A stretch of DNA of 64,000 nt from an uncultured Lishizhenia sp. Lineage in GTDB: Bacteria; Bacteroidota; Bacteroidia; Flavobacteriales_D; Crocinitomicaceae. Where the stretch lies: the NCBI GenBank assembly GCA_964612725.1, contig CAZTFG010000003.1, positions 283 to 64,282 on the forward strand, given 5' to 3'. Both the position numbers and the translations under genes were made by a program. A model generated the notes under the pieces. It saw only the letters and a program-made list of their open reading frames with translations, made no database searches and was not told the DNA's origin. Within the stretch, counting starts at the first letter, position 1. Every line of letters starts with the position of its first letter. Positions 10,431 to 20,293 of the stretch are shown here, in pieces.

Positions 10431-11867
10431 TTAAATACGCTTGTTTGATGCCGTTAGCTGATGATTAAGCGCTATAAAAATGGCACAGATACCCCAAATG
10501 GGAACGGAAGCCTTATCCGTGTCTAAATAATTGTTTAAAAACCCATGAATAAAGTATGTACTTAATCCTAAAATACAGGAAAGTACAATTGCTCGTGTTG
10601 CTACATCCTCTTTATTCAATTTATAATACAAGGTAATACCCGCATAAAAAATAAGGATAAGAACCATTAAAAAAGCACCAAGACCCAATAAACCGGTTTC
10701 AGAAAGTGCGCCAAGGTATTCGCTGTGGGCATTACCCATATCTCCAAAATTGGTTGAGATGATGGTTAGATTTTCCGGTTCCTGAAATTGTGCATACTCA
10801 AAAGCATAAGTGCCTGGTCCAAAACCTAAAATGGGTCGTTCTTTAAACATTTCAATAGCACAAGCCCATCGATTGATTCGTTCTAAATTGGATGCATCCG
10901 TTGATACATTGGCAGCACTTTGCAACCGAGTTCCAAATTCTTCTGTAGTATGTACTTCTTCGTTTCGTGCAAGTTCCATTTGAATTTGATCCCAAAATAC
11001 AAATACACCAATTAGAACGATGGTTGCTGTTGCAAGTAAATAAGTAAGTTTGATACGAAGATATATCAGTGCCCAAACAAACAAAGCACCAACCACACTT
11101 AACCATGCTGCCCGTGTATAAGAGAAGAATAAGCCAATAAGTAAAATGCCAACCATGCTGAATAAACCTATTTTTTCTAATGGATTCGTTGGCTTCATGT
11201 AAAACAGGCTTATAGAAAGTGGTAGCACTAGCGCAAGGATGGCGCCATATATAGTGTGATCTTTAAAAAATGGATACATTACCCAGTGTCCCTCTTTTTC
11301 CCCGAAATTATAGAGGCTATGATGAATTAACGTATAGCAAGTTACAAGTGTAGTCCCAAGAACAAATAAAAACAAGAACCAATAAATGGTTTTCTTATCT
11401 TCAAAAAAGAGGGGTGCGGCTAATAGCAGCGGAATCATGAACCATATTTTAGCTAAAAAGAACTTCATAGACACCAAGGGGTGTGAACTGGTAATTGTAG
11501 ATAAAATCAAGATTAATAAATAGAATCCGGCGGCTAACACAATTGGATGATTCCATATGTACCGAGGTATAGTTCTTTTTCTAATTTCAAAAAAGAGCAC
11601 CAATAGCATCAATCCAAAAAAGAAAGGTTCGGTAGGTATAAATAAGCCAAAACTATCAGTATATTCTTCAATGTTTATGGATAGTGGCGTCAAGAAAATA
11701 AGACACAAAAAGACGGTTTTAGTATGATAGATTGCACCATAAATACCGAGCAAAGCAATTGGAAATAAATTGAGCCAATATAAGTCTTCCCAAATAAAAA
11801 ACACTAATAATGTGAGGAAAACCAATAAGGAAACAATCGGAAAAAAATAGTTTTTCACTAAGGTCAT
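10431..11867 (-). CDS. O-antigen ligase / Wzy-type polymerase family membrane protein
   Basis: 478 aa, polytopic with about 10 or more hydrophobic segments. Wzy_C-like motif 'FSYTRAAWLSVVGA' is followed by a large soluble loop. Confidence 0.72.
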   Translation of the reverse strand: MTLVKNYFFPIVSLLVFLTLLVFFIWEDLYWLNLFPIALLGIYGAIYHTKTVFLCLIFLTPLSINIEEYTDSFGLFIPTEPFFFGLMLLVLFFEIRKRTIPRYIWNHPIVLAAGFYLLILILSTITSSHPLVSMKFFLAKIWFMIPLLLAAPLFFEDKKTIYWFLFLFVLGTTLVTCYTLIHHSLYNFGEKEGHWVMYPFFKDHTIYGAILALVLPLSISLFYMKPTNPLEKIGLFSMVGILLIGLFFSYTRAAWLSVVGALFVWALIYLRIKLTYLLATATIVLIGVFVFWDQIQMELARNEEVHTTEEFGTRLQSAANVSTDASNLERINRWACAIEMFKERPILGFGPGTYAFEYAQFQEPENLTIISTNFGDMGNAHSEYLGALSETGLLGLGAFLMVLILIFYAGITLYYKLNKEDVATRAIVLSCILGLSTYFIHGFLNNYLDTDKASVPIWGICAIFIALNHQLTASNKRI

Positions 11868-12859
11868 TATTTCAATGCTTTCAACTCTCTAAATCGTTGC
11901 TGAACCAATAAAAGTAATAGTGAAAAAATCATAGCCCCAATCGCACCTACCAGTACGATAATCAATCTTTTGGGTTGATCTTTTTTATCTGCTACCACCG
12001 CATATTCTACAACAAACTTGTGATTAAATTTGGTGTTAGCGTCTGATTCCGCTTGTTCATAGGCAATTTGAAACTCCTCTAGTTTAGAAATTTTTTCATT
12101 TCGCAGTCGTTCCAATCCATCATATTTTGAACCATACTTGATGTTCATATCAATTTTGTTCTTCATGTCTGAACGATCACTACCGGTCGCGCCCACATAC
12201 GCTTCAAATAGTCCAGAGCGGCTTTGGAAAGACATTACCCCTTTGGCGGAAAGAGAATCTAGTTCAACGTTCATTGTTTCTATTTCTTTCTCCAATTGTT
12301 GCTTTTTACGTTTATTGATTTCATAGGCAGGAATGGTGCGTTGAGAAACCATTTCGTTTTTTACAGAGTCAATTAGTTCTACAATGCTATTTGCCATAGT
12401 AGCAGCTAATTTTGGGTCTTTATCCAGTACGTCTATTTTGATAGATCCAAAACGGGTTCGTGTAAATGTAAAATGACCATCATATTGTTTTACTAGTTTA
12501 TAGTATTTGTTTTGATCTGATGGGTCAATTTCATAGTGTTCCATCAAATTAAATTTTGATACAATACGGTCTCTAATCTTGGATGATTGAAGGATTTGAA
12601 CCAATTGTTCTGCTTGTTCTTCTTCACCAAAATCCATTGATGCTGTTTTGGCGTTGCGTTGCTCAGAAAATGAAACCGTAGACGATGCCGCAGGGAAAAC
12701 AATAGCGGTAGACAAATATAGTGGGGTAATAAGCAAGGAAACTACAACGGAAACGATGGTGGCAGCACCGGTGAATAACAAAATAAATTTTCGGTTGAGC
12801 CAAATGAATTGAATGAAATCATTTCTGTTTTCTGCTAAATCCGTTGATTTTTGTGACAT
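11867..12859 (-). CDS. Wzz-like polysaccharide chain-length determinant protein (no kinase domain)
   Basis: 330 aa. N-terminal TM followed by 'ITPLYLSTAIVFP', a long charged or coiled periplasmic region, and a C-terminal TM ('LIIVLVGAIGAMIFSLLLLLV'). The stop overlaps the ligase start by 1 nt. Confidence 0.68.
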   Translation of the reverse strand: MSQKSTDLAENRNDFIQFIWLNRKFILLFTGAATIVSVVVSLLITPLYLSTAIVFPAASSTVSFSEQRNAKTASMDFGEEEQAEQLVQILQSSKIRDRIVSKFNLMEHYEIDPSDQNKYYKLVKQYDGHFTFTRTRFGSIKIDVLDKDPKLAATMANSIVELIDSVKNEMVSQRTIPAYEINKRKKQQLEKEIETMNVELDSLSAKGVMSFQSRSGLFEAYVGATGSDRSDMKNKIDMNIKYGSKYDGLERLRNEKISKLEEFQIAYEQAESDANTKFNHKFVVEYAVVADKKDQPKRLIIVLVGAIGAMIFSLLLLLVQQRFRELKALK

Positions 12860-12915
12860 ATATAATAGTTTGCGGGCGCTAAGTTATAGAATCAAAACCG
12901 TTTTTTTAACGGCTT

Positions 12916-14373
12916 TTACGCTGAAATATTGTTTTTAGTTGCTTTTGAAGGAATAAACATCAATTTCAATTCTTTGAGATCAATAATTCTTAAAGCCAAC
13001 AATAAAATTCCTCCCGCGGCAAGTTGAATAATAAATAGCAATTCTGAAGAAGGAATTAGTAATCCGATTAACACTAAAGCCATGATTAGTAGTAGATGCA
13101 CAATCATGAATTTTGGAATGAACCGAAAACCAATTTTTTCTTTTGCTAAAAAAAGCTGTGCTATAGCAACTCCAACTTGGGTGATAAAAAAGGTGATTCC
13201 AATACCTGTTGAACCATATATGGGCGCCACAAGGAGGTTTAATCCCACATTAAAGATAACTGCTATGCCAGCTAAGTAATTAAGTGTTTTAAAATTTCCA
13301 TTGGCTGATAAAATGGTGCCAAAAATAAAATTTAAGCTAATTCCGAAAAATCCTAGCATGAGCCAACGAAAGGAATGAGCTGAATAGGCTACATTGTGTT
13401 CATAAATCCACCCTAACACCATTTCTGCGTTAAAACAAAGCGTAATAATCAACACACTGCACCCACCAATAAGTAAATTACCACTGGTTTGAAGCAACGG
13501 TATTAGGTCTTTTTTGGATTGTTTCAATAATCGAGAAAACATGGGAAATAATAAACCGGCGAACACCATTCCAAACATATATAAGGCATCAAGCAACCTA
13601 AAACCTTGGGCATATACACCTGCTTCAAAGCGCCCGTTTTCGTGCATGCGTTCCAAAATCACGGAGTCTGATCGGGTATATAGCAGCATTAATAGAATTA
13701 ACGCAGCATAAGGCATACTTTGTTTTATAACTTGAAAAGAAAATTTCTTGTCGAAAGTAAAGTGGTTGAGGGTAATGATTCGAGATAGCATTACAAGTGC
13801 CACAATCAAGGTAATGACATAACAAATTGTTTGAATCCAGATGTACCATTCAATTTGAAAATCGGACGGAAAAATCGACGAATAAAGAACAAATCCGCAA
13901 ATAAAAATCAATAAAAAACGATCAAGTACGGAGAGAAATGCATCGGTTTTAAAATAATGAAGTCCTGAAAAATAACTTCTTGCATAGGCTGTGAACATAA
14001 TCAGCAGTTGATTGAAAATCAGCACTCCCATTAACTGAAGTTCATATCCGCGATACCCAATGAAAATAGCAATACCCAATGTAAAAGAAGCATACACAAT
14101 AAAAAGTAGGCCACGTAAGACCATGATTCGTCCCACATGTTTGGTTGCCACCAGTGGGTCTTGGGCCATAGTTCGTATGGTGTAATTGTTTATACCCAAA
14201 TCAATCAGGATATTGAACAGCACAGAAAGGTTTAACAAGGAAAAATATAAGCCATATTCTGTAGCGCCCACCCGATTTTGAACAGCCGCATCAATTCCAA
14301 AAAGTGAAATTGGTTTAATTAAAATGTTTAATACTAAGGAAAGCAGAAGGCTGCTTAGAAATTTTCCTTGCAT
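12916..14373 (-). CDS. Oligosaccharide/polysaccharide flippase (Wzx-like, MOP superfamily)
   Basis: 485 aa with about 12-14 TM segments throughout. Its position next to the Wzz and ligase genes supports the call. Confidence 0.72.
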   Translation of the reverse strand: MQGKFLSSLLLSLVLNILIKPISLFGIDAAVQNRVGATEYGLYFSLLNLSVLFNILIDLGINNYTIRTMAQDPLVATKHVGRIMVLRGLLFIVYASFTLGIAIFIGYRGYELQLMGVLIFNQLLIMFTAYARSYFSGLHYFKTDAFLSVLDRFLLIFICGFVLYSSIFPSDFQIEWYIWIQTICYVITLIVALVMLSRIITLNHFTFDKKFSFQVIKQSMPYAALILLMLLYTRSDSVILERMHENGRFEAGVYAQGFRLLDALYMFGMVFAGLLFPMFSRLLKQSKKDLIPLLQTSGNLLIGGCSVLIITLCFNAEMVLGWIYEHNVAYSAHSFRWLMLGFFGISLNFIFGTILSANGNFKTLNYLAGIAVIFNVGLNLLVAPIYGSTGIGITFFITQVGVAIAQLFLAKEKIGFRFIPKFMIVHLLLIMALVLIGLLIPSSELLFIIQLAAGGILLLALRIIDLKELKLMFIPSKATKNNISA

Positions 14374-14392
14374 TTGAGTGAAAACAGGGTTT

Positions 14393-15082
14393 TTATTTAA
14401 TCAACAATTTAAACCCTTTCCCATGAATGTTCATGATTTCAATGTTTTCATCTTCTTTCAATAATTTTCGCAGTTTGGCAATATAAACATCCATGCTGCG
14501 CCCATTAAAATAATTGTCATCGCCCCAAACAGCCCGCAGTGTAGCCTGTCTGTCTAGTATTTCGTTTTGATTTTTAACTAACAAAAGCAAAAGGTCGTTT
14601 TCTTTTGTTGTCAATTTTTTTGCTCCATCAGAGACGTGCAGAATGCGCAATTCAGGTTCATATTTAATTTTACCGATGTACATTTGCGAATTCACGTTGA
14701 TTTCCTCTGGCATTGAGCGCTTCAGGATTACATGAATTCGCGCTAACAACTCTTCCATAGAGAAAGGCTTAGTCAAGTAATCATCCGCACCAACTTCAAA
14801 TCCATGAAGTTTATCTTCCTTCATCGATTTTGCTGTTAAAAATAGGATGGGTACTTTTTTATCAACTTCTCTTATTTCTTTTGCTAAAGTGAATCCATCC
14901 ATTTCCGGCATCATAACATCAAATACACAAAAATCAAAAGCGTCTTTCGTGAATCGTTCGTATGCAGCTTTTCCATTTCGGGTTAAGATAACTTGAAATC
15001 CTTTATTTTGTAAATAGGTAAATAATAATTGGCCAAGATTTTCATCATCTTCAGCTAATAAAATTGAAATTTTTTTACTCAT
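14393..15082 (-). CDS. OmpR-family response regulator (receiver + winged-helix DNA-binding domain)
   Basis: 229 aa. 'ILLAEDDENL', phospho-acceptor region 'FDFCVFDVMMPEMDG', 'LTAK', and C-terminal 'LTTKENDLLLLLVKN...VWG...R..DVYIAKLRKKL'. Confidence 0.92.
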   Translation of the reverse strand: MSKKISILLAEDDENLGQLLFTYLQNKGFQVILTRNGKAAYERFTKDAFDFCVFDVMMPEMDGFTLAKEIREVDKKVPILFLTAKSMKEDKLHGFEVGADDYLTKPFSMEELLARIHVILKRSMPEEINVNSQMYIGKIKYEPELRILHVSDGAKKLTTKENDLLLLLVKNQNEILDRQATLRAVWGDDNYFNGRSMDVYIAKLRKLLKEDENIEIMNIHGKGFKLLIK

Positions 15083-16713
15083 TGTATTCTTCCTTTATTT
15101 TTAAAAACAATAACAAATGTACTTCCTTCTCCAAATGTACTTTTAACGGTTATATCCCATTTGTAATGATCGCAAATTGCTTTCACATAACTTAAACCAA
15201 GCCCAAACCCTTTCACATTGTGAATGTTACCGGTGGGCACGCGAAACAACTTATCAAATAACTTTGGTAAATGTTCTTTTTTAATGCCTATACCATTGTC
15301 AGTAACGCTCAAATACACATGTTTATTGTCAGATTCTAAACTAACTAAAATCTCAGGGCGTTCTTTACTGTATTTTATGGCGTTATCGATGAGGTTAGAT
15401 ATAATGTTTGAAACATGCATCTTATCTGCCACAAATTCTATTAATTCATCTGTGCCGGTAAGGGTAATTTTTCCATTAATACTTTTCAATCGGAAGCGCG
15501 CATTTTCAACCTGGTCTGTAAGTACTTGCACTAAATTAATCGCATCATCTTTGTACTTAATTTCTCCTTTTTCGATGACGGCACTTTGTAAAATACTTTC
15601 CACTAGAATACTTAACCGTTTATTCTCTTGGTTGATCATGTTTACATAGGGTGCAACAGCCGCATTTGTCTCTTTATCAAGCATGTCGCTATCTCCCATT
15701 GCTTCGCAGGCTAAAGAAATGGTTGAAATTGGAGTTTTAAATTCGTGGGTCATGTTTGAAATAAAGTCGCTTTTCATTTCAGACAATCGTTTTTGAGCCA
15801 GGATGGTTTTAAACATAAAAACCAATGAAATAATAATGAATATCACCAGAATAACGGTAATTATCAATGAGTTTTGCATTTCCTGAATCAAGAAGCTCCT
15901 TTTGGTTGGAAAGGATAAATACAAATAAATGTTTTCGTCTATGATATTGCTAGGAAACAATACTGTTTTACCACATTCATTGATGTTGATAGTGGTGTCA
16001 TAGGTTTCCGATTTATTAGGAAATTTAAATACTTTCTTTGAATTATCACCAACAGCGAATCGGTATTTTTGAGGCAAATCATCTCCCGCTAGTTCATTCC
16101 GGATGACAGAATCCAAAAATGCTACATCAACACGCTTGCTTTGATCCGCATAAATATTATCTCGAAAAGCTTGAACCATCATGTCATTCACGAAGCGCGC
16201 TTTTTTGAACACTTGCTGCAATACTTGTTCATCCAATTGAATAGCTATTTTCATGGAGTCGTTGGTGGGCAAGGGGTTATTACTCTTATCGAATAAATCC
16301 TTTAATTCTCGCACATCTCGCGCATACACTTTTTGTTCGGTTGTAACACCTGATAAGGAGTCGACAGCTTTTCCTTTAATAATTAAATAACTCAACTTTT
16401 TTCCACCCTCATAGATTGTGGTGTCTGCAATTGAAACTGTTTCGTTTTTCGGCACTAAATTTTTAAATTCTTGTTTTAAAATGTCTTTATATTGTGAGCT
16501 GAAATCGTTGTTTACCAACCGCATATAGCGTCGAATGTCTTCCGCTTTTTCATGTCGTATGGCAATTCGTTCTAATGAAGTTTTAAGGTTGTTGTTGAAT
16601 TGGATGAGTTTGCGTTCATACAATTGAACCACTTGAAACGCTTGTATTATGAATAAAGACAAGACCGAAACTGCGAGTAAAATTACAACTAGGTTAACAC
16701 GAATTTGCTTCAT
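15079..16713 (-). CDS. Sensor histidine kinase (two TM helices flanking a ~260-aa extracytoplasmic domain)
   Basis: 544 aa. H-box 'SNMTHEFKTPIST', N-box 'NLIDNAIKYS', G-boxes 'DNGIGI' and 'GFGLGLS'. A 4-nt ATGA overlap links it to the response regulator gene. Confidence 0.92.
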   Translation of the reverse strand: MKQIRVNLVVILLAVSVLSLFIIQAFQVVQLYERKLIQFNNNLKTSLERIAIRHEKAEDIRRYMRLVNNDFSSQYKDILKQEFKNLVPKNETVSIADTTIYEGGKKLSYLIIKGKAVDSLSGVTTEQKVYARDVRELKDLFDKSNNPLPTNDSMKIAIQLDEQVLQQVFKKARFVNDMMVQAFRDNIYADQSKRVDVAFLDSVIRNELAGDDLPQKYRFAVGDNSKKVFKFPNKSETYDTTININECGKTVLFPSNIIDENIYLYLSFPTKRSFLIQEMQNSLIITVILVIFIIISLVFMFKTILAQKRLSEMKSDFISNMTHEFKTPISTISLACEAMGDSDMLDKETNAAVAPYVNMINQENKRLSILVESILQSAVIEKGEIKYKDDAINLVQVLTDQVENARFRLKSINGKITLTGTDELIEFVADKMHVSNIISNLIDNAIKYSKERPEILVSLESDNKHVYLSVTDNGIGIKKEHLPKLFDKLFRVPTGNIHNVKGFGLGLSYVKAICDHYKWDITVKSTFGEGSTFVIVFKNKGRIQ

Positions 16714-16772
16714 TTGTATTTTTTACTAGGGTTGAGTCAATTTGTTAAAAACAAAAATACAACTTTTTTAAG

Positions 16773-16786
16773 TTATGCGCGCATAA
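16773..16786. promoter_or_regulatory. Perfect 14-bp palindrome TTATGCGCGCATAA, candidate MarR operator
   Basis: Read directly. It is GC-rich in an AT-rich divergent intergenic region. It lies between a minus-strand -7-like box (CAAAAATA, 16752-16759) and a plus-strand -7-like box (TATCTTTG, 16794-16801). Confidence 0.4.
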
Positions 16787-16806
16787 TAATTTATATCTTT
16801 GTTCAG

Positions 16807-17253
16807 ATGAAGGATAATAAAAAGGAGTTAATTGATGGCAGAATTCGTCATGCATGGCACAGGGTGTATAGGTTGTATAATCAGCGCGCTAATGCACATG
16901 GACTCACTATTTCTGCGGGTTTTATTTTAATGAATATAGATAAAGAAGGCACGCCAAGTACTACCCTGGGGCCGAGAATGGGGATGGAGCCAACCTCTTT
17001 ATCTCGAACCTTGAAATCCATGGAAGATCAAGGTTGGATTAGGCGAGTGATGTCTCAAACAGATAAACGAAAGGTGTTAATTTTTCTCACTCCTGAGGGT
17101 CTTTTAAAGCGCAATTTAGTGAGGGATTTTTTGGTAGATTTCAATGAAAAATTAAAAATTAAAATTTCAAGTAAAGATCTTCAAGGTTTCTTTAATACAA
17201 TGAATATTCTTGATCAAGTGATTGATGATGAGGTTAATTTAGATGATAAATAA
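16807..17253 (+). CDS. MarR family transcriptional regulator
   Basis: Winged-helix region 'TSLSRTLKSMEDQGWIRR...DKRKVLIFLTPEG'. I prefer the start at ATG 16807. The track ORF start at 16705 is a TTG overlapping the kinase start and adds a hydrophobic, non-MarR extension. Confidence 0.85.
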   Translation: MKDNKKELIDGRIRHAWHRVYRLYNQRANAHGLTISAGFILMNIDKEGTPSTTLGPRMGMEPTSLSRTLKSMEDQGWIRRVMSQTDKRKVLIFLTPEGLLKRNLVRDFLVDFNEKLKIKISSKDLQGFFNTMNILDQVIDDEVNLDDK

Positions 17254-17254
17254 T

Positions 17255-19660
17255 ATGAATCGATTTATAAGAAAAGTAGCGGTTTTGGGCTCAGGTATTA
17301 TGGGTTCTCGTATCGCCTGTCATTTTGCTAATATAGGTTGCGAAGTTCTTTTGTTAGATATAGCTCCCACACAACTATCCGCTGATGAAAAAGCCAACGG
17401 ATTAACATTGGAATCAGCAGCGGTAAGAAATAGAATTGTCAACGCATCACTAGATTCTGCTGTAAAATCAAATCCGTCACCGATTTATAAAAAAGAGTTT
17501 TTATCAAGAATAGAAACCGGTAATTTTTCTGATGATTTGCCTAAAGTTGCTACATGTGATTGGATCATTGAAGTGGTTGTTGAAAGATTGGATATTAAAA
17601 AGCAGTTGTTTGAACAAATTGAGGCGCACCGAAAACCGGGAACAATCATTTCTTCGAATACATCTGGAATTCCTATTCATCACATGTTGGAAGGAAGATC
17701 AACTGATTTTAGAACCCATTTTTGTGGAACCCATTTTTTCAATCCACCCCGTTATTTACAATTATTGGAAATCATTCCCACTTCGGAAACAAATCCTGAA
17801 ATCATAGATATTCTGATTGATTATGGCACGCGTTACCTGGGAAAAAAGACCGTATTGTGCAAAGACACACCTGCTTTTATTGCAAATCGGGTGGGAGTAT
17901 ATTCTATAATGGCTTTGTTTCATGCAGTTGAAGAAATGGGACTATCAGTTGAAGAAGTGGATAAATTATCAGGTACGGTGTTGGGTCGACCAAAATCTGC
18001 AACTTTTAGAACTTGTGATGTGGTAGGCTTAGACACGTTAGTTCATGTAGCAAATGGATTAAAAGAAAATTGTTTACACGATGAGGAAAATGATTTGTTC
18101 CAATTGCCCGGGTACATTTCCGCCATGATGAAAAATAATTGGCTAGGATCAAAAACAGACCAAGGATTTTATAAAAAAGTTAAATCGGGTGAGGGCAAAA
18201 GCGAAATCCATGTATTAGATTTGAAAACGTTGGAATACAAGCCCGCTCAAAAGGTAAAATTTCCTACGCTTGAAATTACTCGAAATATAGATGATGTAAA
18301 ACAGCGTATTCCGATTTTATTTACCGGAAAGGATAGAGCAGGTGACTTTTATCGGAAATTATTTGGTGGATTATTTGCCTATGTTTCGATGCGCATTCCA
18401 GAAATTGCGGATGAAATTTATCGAATAGACGATGCCCTCAAGGCAGGTTTTGGCTGGGAGTTGGGTCCTTTTGAAACATGGGATGTTATTGGATTGGATA
18501 AAGGAATAGAATTAGTGCAAGCCAATGGTAAGTTTCCAACATCTTGGGTGGAGGAAATGCAACAGACTGGAAAAAATCAGTTTTATAAAACCATTAATGG
18601 TCAACGGTGCTATTATTCAATTGTACTGAAAGACTATGTAGTAATTCCAGGAACAGAAAATCTGGTTTCGTTAGAAAACTTGCGTCCAAGTAACAAAGTT
18701 TGGGGTAATTCAGATACAACCCTCGTAGATATAGGTGATGGTATTTTGAATCTAGAATTTCATACCAAAATGAATACCATTGGAGGAGGGGTTATACAAG
18801 GAATCAATAAAGCAATTGATATAGCTGAGAAAGATTTTAAGGGCTTAGTTATTTCCAATACGGGCCAACATTTTTCGGCAGGGGCAAATGTGGGGATGAT
18901 TTTTATGATGGCCATTGAACAAGAATTTGACGAATTGAATTTTGCGGTAAAAGCGTTCCAAGATACCATGATGCGGGTAAGATATTGCAATATTCCGGTG
19001 ATCGTTGCTCCCCACAACATGGCGCTTGGCGGAGGGTGCGAATTGTCCATGCATGCGGATAAAGTGGTGGCACATGCAGAATTATATATGGGATTAGTGG
19101 AATTTGGTGTTGGTTTAATTCCTGGTGGCGGTGGATCAAAGGAATTTGCCAAACGATTATCCGATGAGTTAGCAGTGGGAGATATTAAGATAAATCGATT
19201 GCGTGAGCGTTTCTTAACAATTGGACAGGCTAAAGTTTCAACTTCGGCCTACGAAGCGTTTGATTTAGGTTATTTGCGCACTGGAATTGATGAGGTAATA
19301 ATGAATAGAGAATTACAGTTAACGCGCGCAAAAGAAGCGTGTTTAGAACTAGCCTTAGCGGGTTACGTGCCAAAAAAACGTTCGAAAAATATTACGGTTG
19401 TAGGACAAGAGGGGTTGGGAATCGTTTATGTTGGAGCTAACACCATGTTGAGTGGGAATTATATTTCTGAACATGATGCGATTATTTCGGAGAAACTCGG
19501 ATATGTGCTTTGTGGTGGTGATTTATCTGAAAACACAAAAGTTTCTGAGCAATACTTATTAGATTTGGAACGAAAAGCATTTGTAGAATTGTGCACAAAG
19601 CGCAAAACCCTTGAACGCTTAGAAAGCTTAGTAAAAAACGGTAAAATTTTAAGAAATTAA
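17255..19660 (+). CDS. 3-hydroxyacyl-CoA dehydrogenase / enoyl-CoA hydratase fusion protein (beta-oxidation multifunctional enzyme)
   Basis: About 800 aa. N-terminal Rossmann motif 'VAVLGSGIMGSRIA' (3HCDH) and a C-terminal crotonase-like region ('GQHFSAGANVGMI', 'ALGGGCEL'). The domain order is the reverse of E. coli FadB. An alternative ATG at 17243 overlaps marR. Confidence 0.9.
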   Translation: MNRFIRKVAVLGSGIMGSRIACHFANIGCEVLLLDIAPTQLSADEKANGLTLESAAVRNRIVNASLDSAVKSNPSPIYKKEFLSRIETGNFSDDLPKVATCDWIIEVVVERLDIKKQLFEQIEAHRKPGTIISSNTSGIPIHHMLEGRSTDFRTHFCGTHFFNPPRYLQLLEIIPTSETNPEIIDILIDYGTRYLGKKTVLCKDTPAFIANRVGVYSIMALFHAVEEMGLSVEEVDKLSGTVLGRPKSATFRTCDVVGLDTLVHVANGLKENCLHDEENDLFQLPGYISAMMKNNWLGSKTDQGFYKKVKSGEGKSEIHVLDLKTLEYKPAQKVKFPTLEITRNIDDVKQRIPILFTGKDRAGDFYRKLFGGLFAYVSMRIPEIADEIYRIDDALKAGFGWELGPFETWDVIGLDKGIELVQANGKFPTSWVEEMQQTGKNQFYKTINGQRCYYSIVLKDYVVIPGTENLVSLENLRPSNKVWGNSDTTLVDIGDGILNLEFHTKMNTIGGGVIQGINKAIDIAEKDFKGLVISNTGQHFSAGANVGMIFMMAIEQEFDELNFAVKAFQDTMMRVRYCNIPVIVAPHNMALGGGCELSMHADKVVAHAELYMGLVEFGVGLIPGGGGSKEFAKRLSDELAVGDIKINRLRERFLTIGQAKVSTSAYEAFDLGYLRTGIDEVIMNRELQLTRAKEACLELALAGYVPKKRSKNITVVGQEGLGIVYVGANTMLSGNYISEHDAIISEKLGYVLCGGDLSENTKVSEQYLLDLERKAFVELCTKRKTLERLESLVKNGKILRN

Positions 19661-19663
19661 ATT

Positions 19664-20293
19664 ATGGTTGAATTATTTAAACACATTTTAGAATTAGATT
19701 TTGATTGGTTATTTCAACAGTATGGAGGAACCATCTATCTTATTTTGTTCTTGGTTATTTTTATTGAAACCGGTTTTGTTGTGATGCCCTTTTTACCTGG
19801 AGACTCATTGCTTTTCACGGCTGGACTTTTCGCCAAAACGGGACACTTGGATTTTTCAACCTTATTGATATTACTGTATTTTGCTGCTGTATTAGGTGAT
19901 AACTGTAATTATTGGGTAGGAAGAAAAATTGGTTTGGGTGTATTGTCGTGGAAAATTAAAAACAGAAGACTTGTTAAATCAGAATATTTGGAACAAACCG
20001 AATTGTTTTTCAAGAAAAATGGAGTGAAAGCAATTATCATGGCGCGATTTGTTCCTTTTGTTAGAACCTTTGCTCCTTTTGCTGCTGGAGTGGGAAAAAT
20101 GAAATACCGTATTTTTTTCTTCTATGATTTAATTGGTGGATTCTTATGGGTTTTTGGCTTGTGCACCGCAGGTTATTTATTGGGAGAGGTGGAATGGATA
20201 CGAAAACACATTGACTTGGTTTGCCTCGGTATCATAGGTCTTTCTGTACTACCGATACTCTTTGAATTTATTAAAGCGAAACTAAAAAAATGA
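19664..20293 (+). CDS. DedA family inner membrane protein
   Basis: 209 aa. Signature 'VMPFLPGDSLLFTAG' and 'IMARFVPFVRTFAPFAAG'. Confidence 0.85.
   Translation: MVELFKHILELDFDWLFQQYGGTIYLILFLVIFIETGFVVMPFLPGDSLLFTAGLFAKTGHLDFSTLLILLYFAAVLGDNCNYWVGRKIGLGVLSWKIKNRRLVKSEYLEQTELFFKKNGVKAIIMARFVPFVRTFAPFAAGVGKMKYRIFFFYDLIGGFLWVFGLCTAGYLLGEVEWIRKHIDLVCLGIIGLSVLPILFEFIKAKLKK

Noticed and set aside
12895-12912. Weak hairpin aaaccgtt-ttttt-aacgg overlapping the flippase stop, considered as an internal terminator.
   Set aside because: The stem is only about 5 bp of reliable pairing and is AT-rich. That is too weak to call, so I only mention it in the operon finding.
15224-15649. 141-aa ORF antisense to the histidine kinase gene. 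Similar antisense ORFs occur at 18760-19152, 1372-1746, 48077-48460, 45150-45494 and 42588-42920.
   Set aside because: All lie fully inside or across well-supported genes on the opposite strand. Their composition is low-complexity or Cys/Ser/Leu-rich, typical of mirror-frame artefacts in AT-rich DNA. None has a promoter or a recognisable motif.
16705-16806. TTG-initiated N-terminal extension of the MarR ORF, overlapping the kinase start codon.
   Set aside because: The extension is hydrophobic, non-MarR sequence and runs through the divergent promoter and palindrome region. The ATG at 16807 gives a normal-sized MarR.
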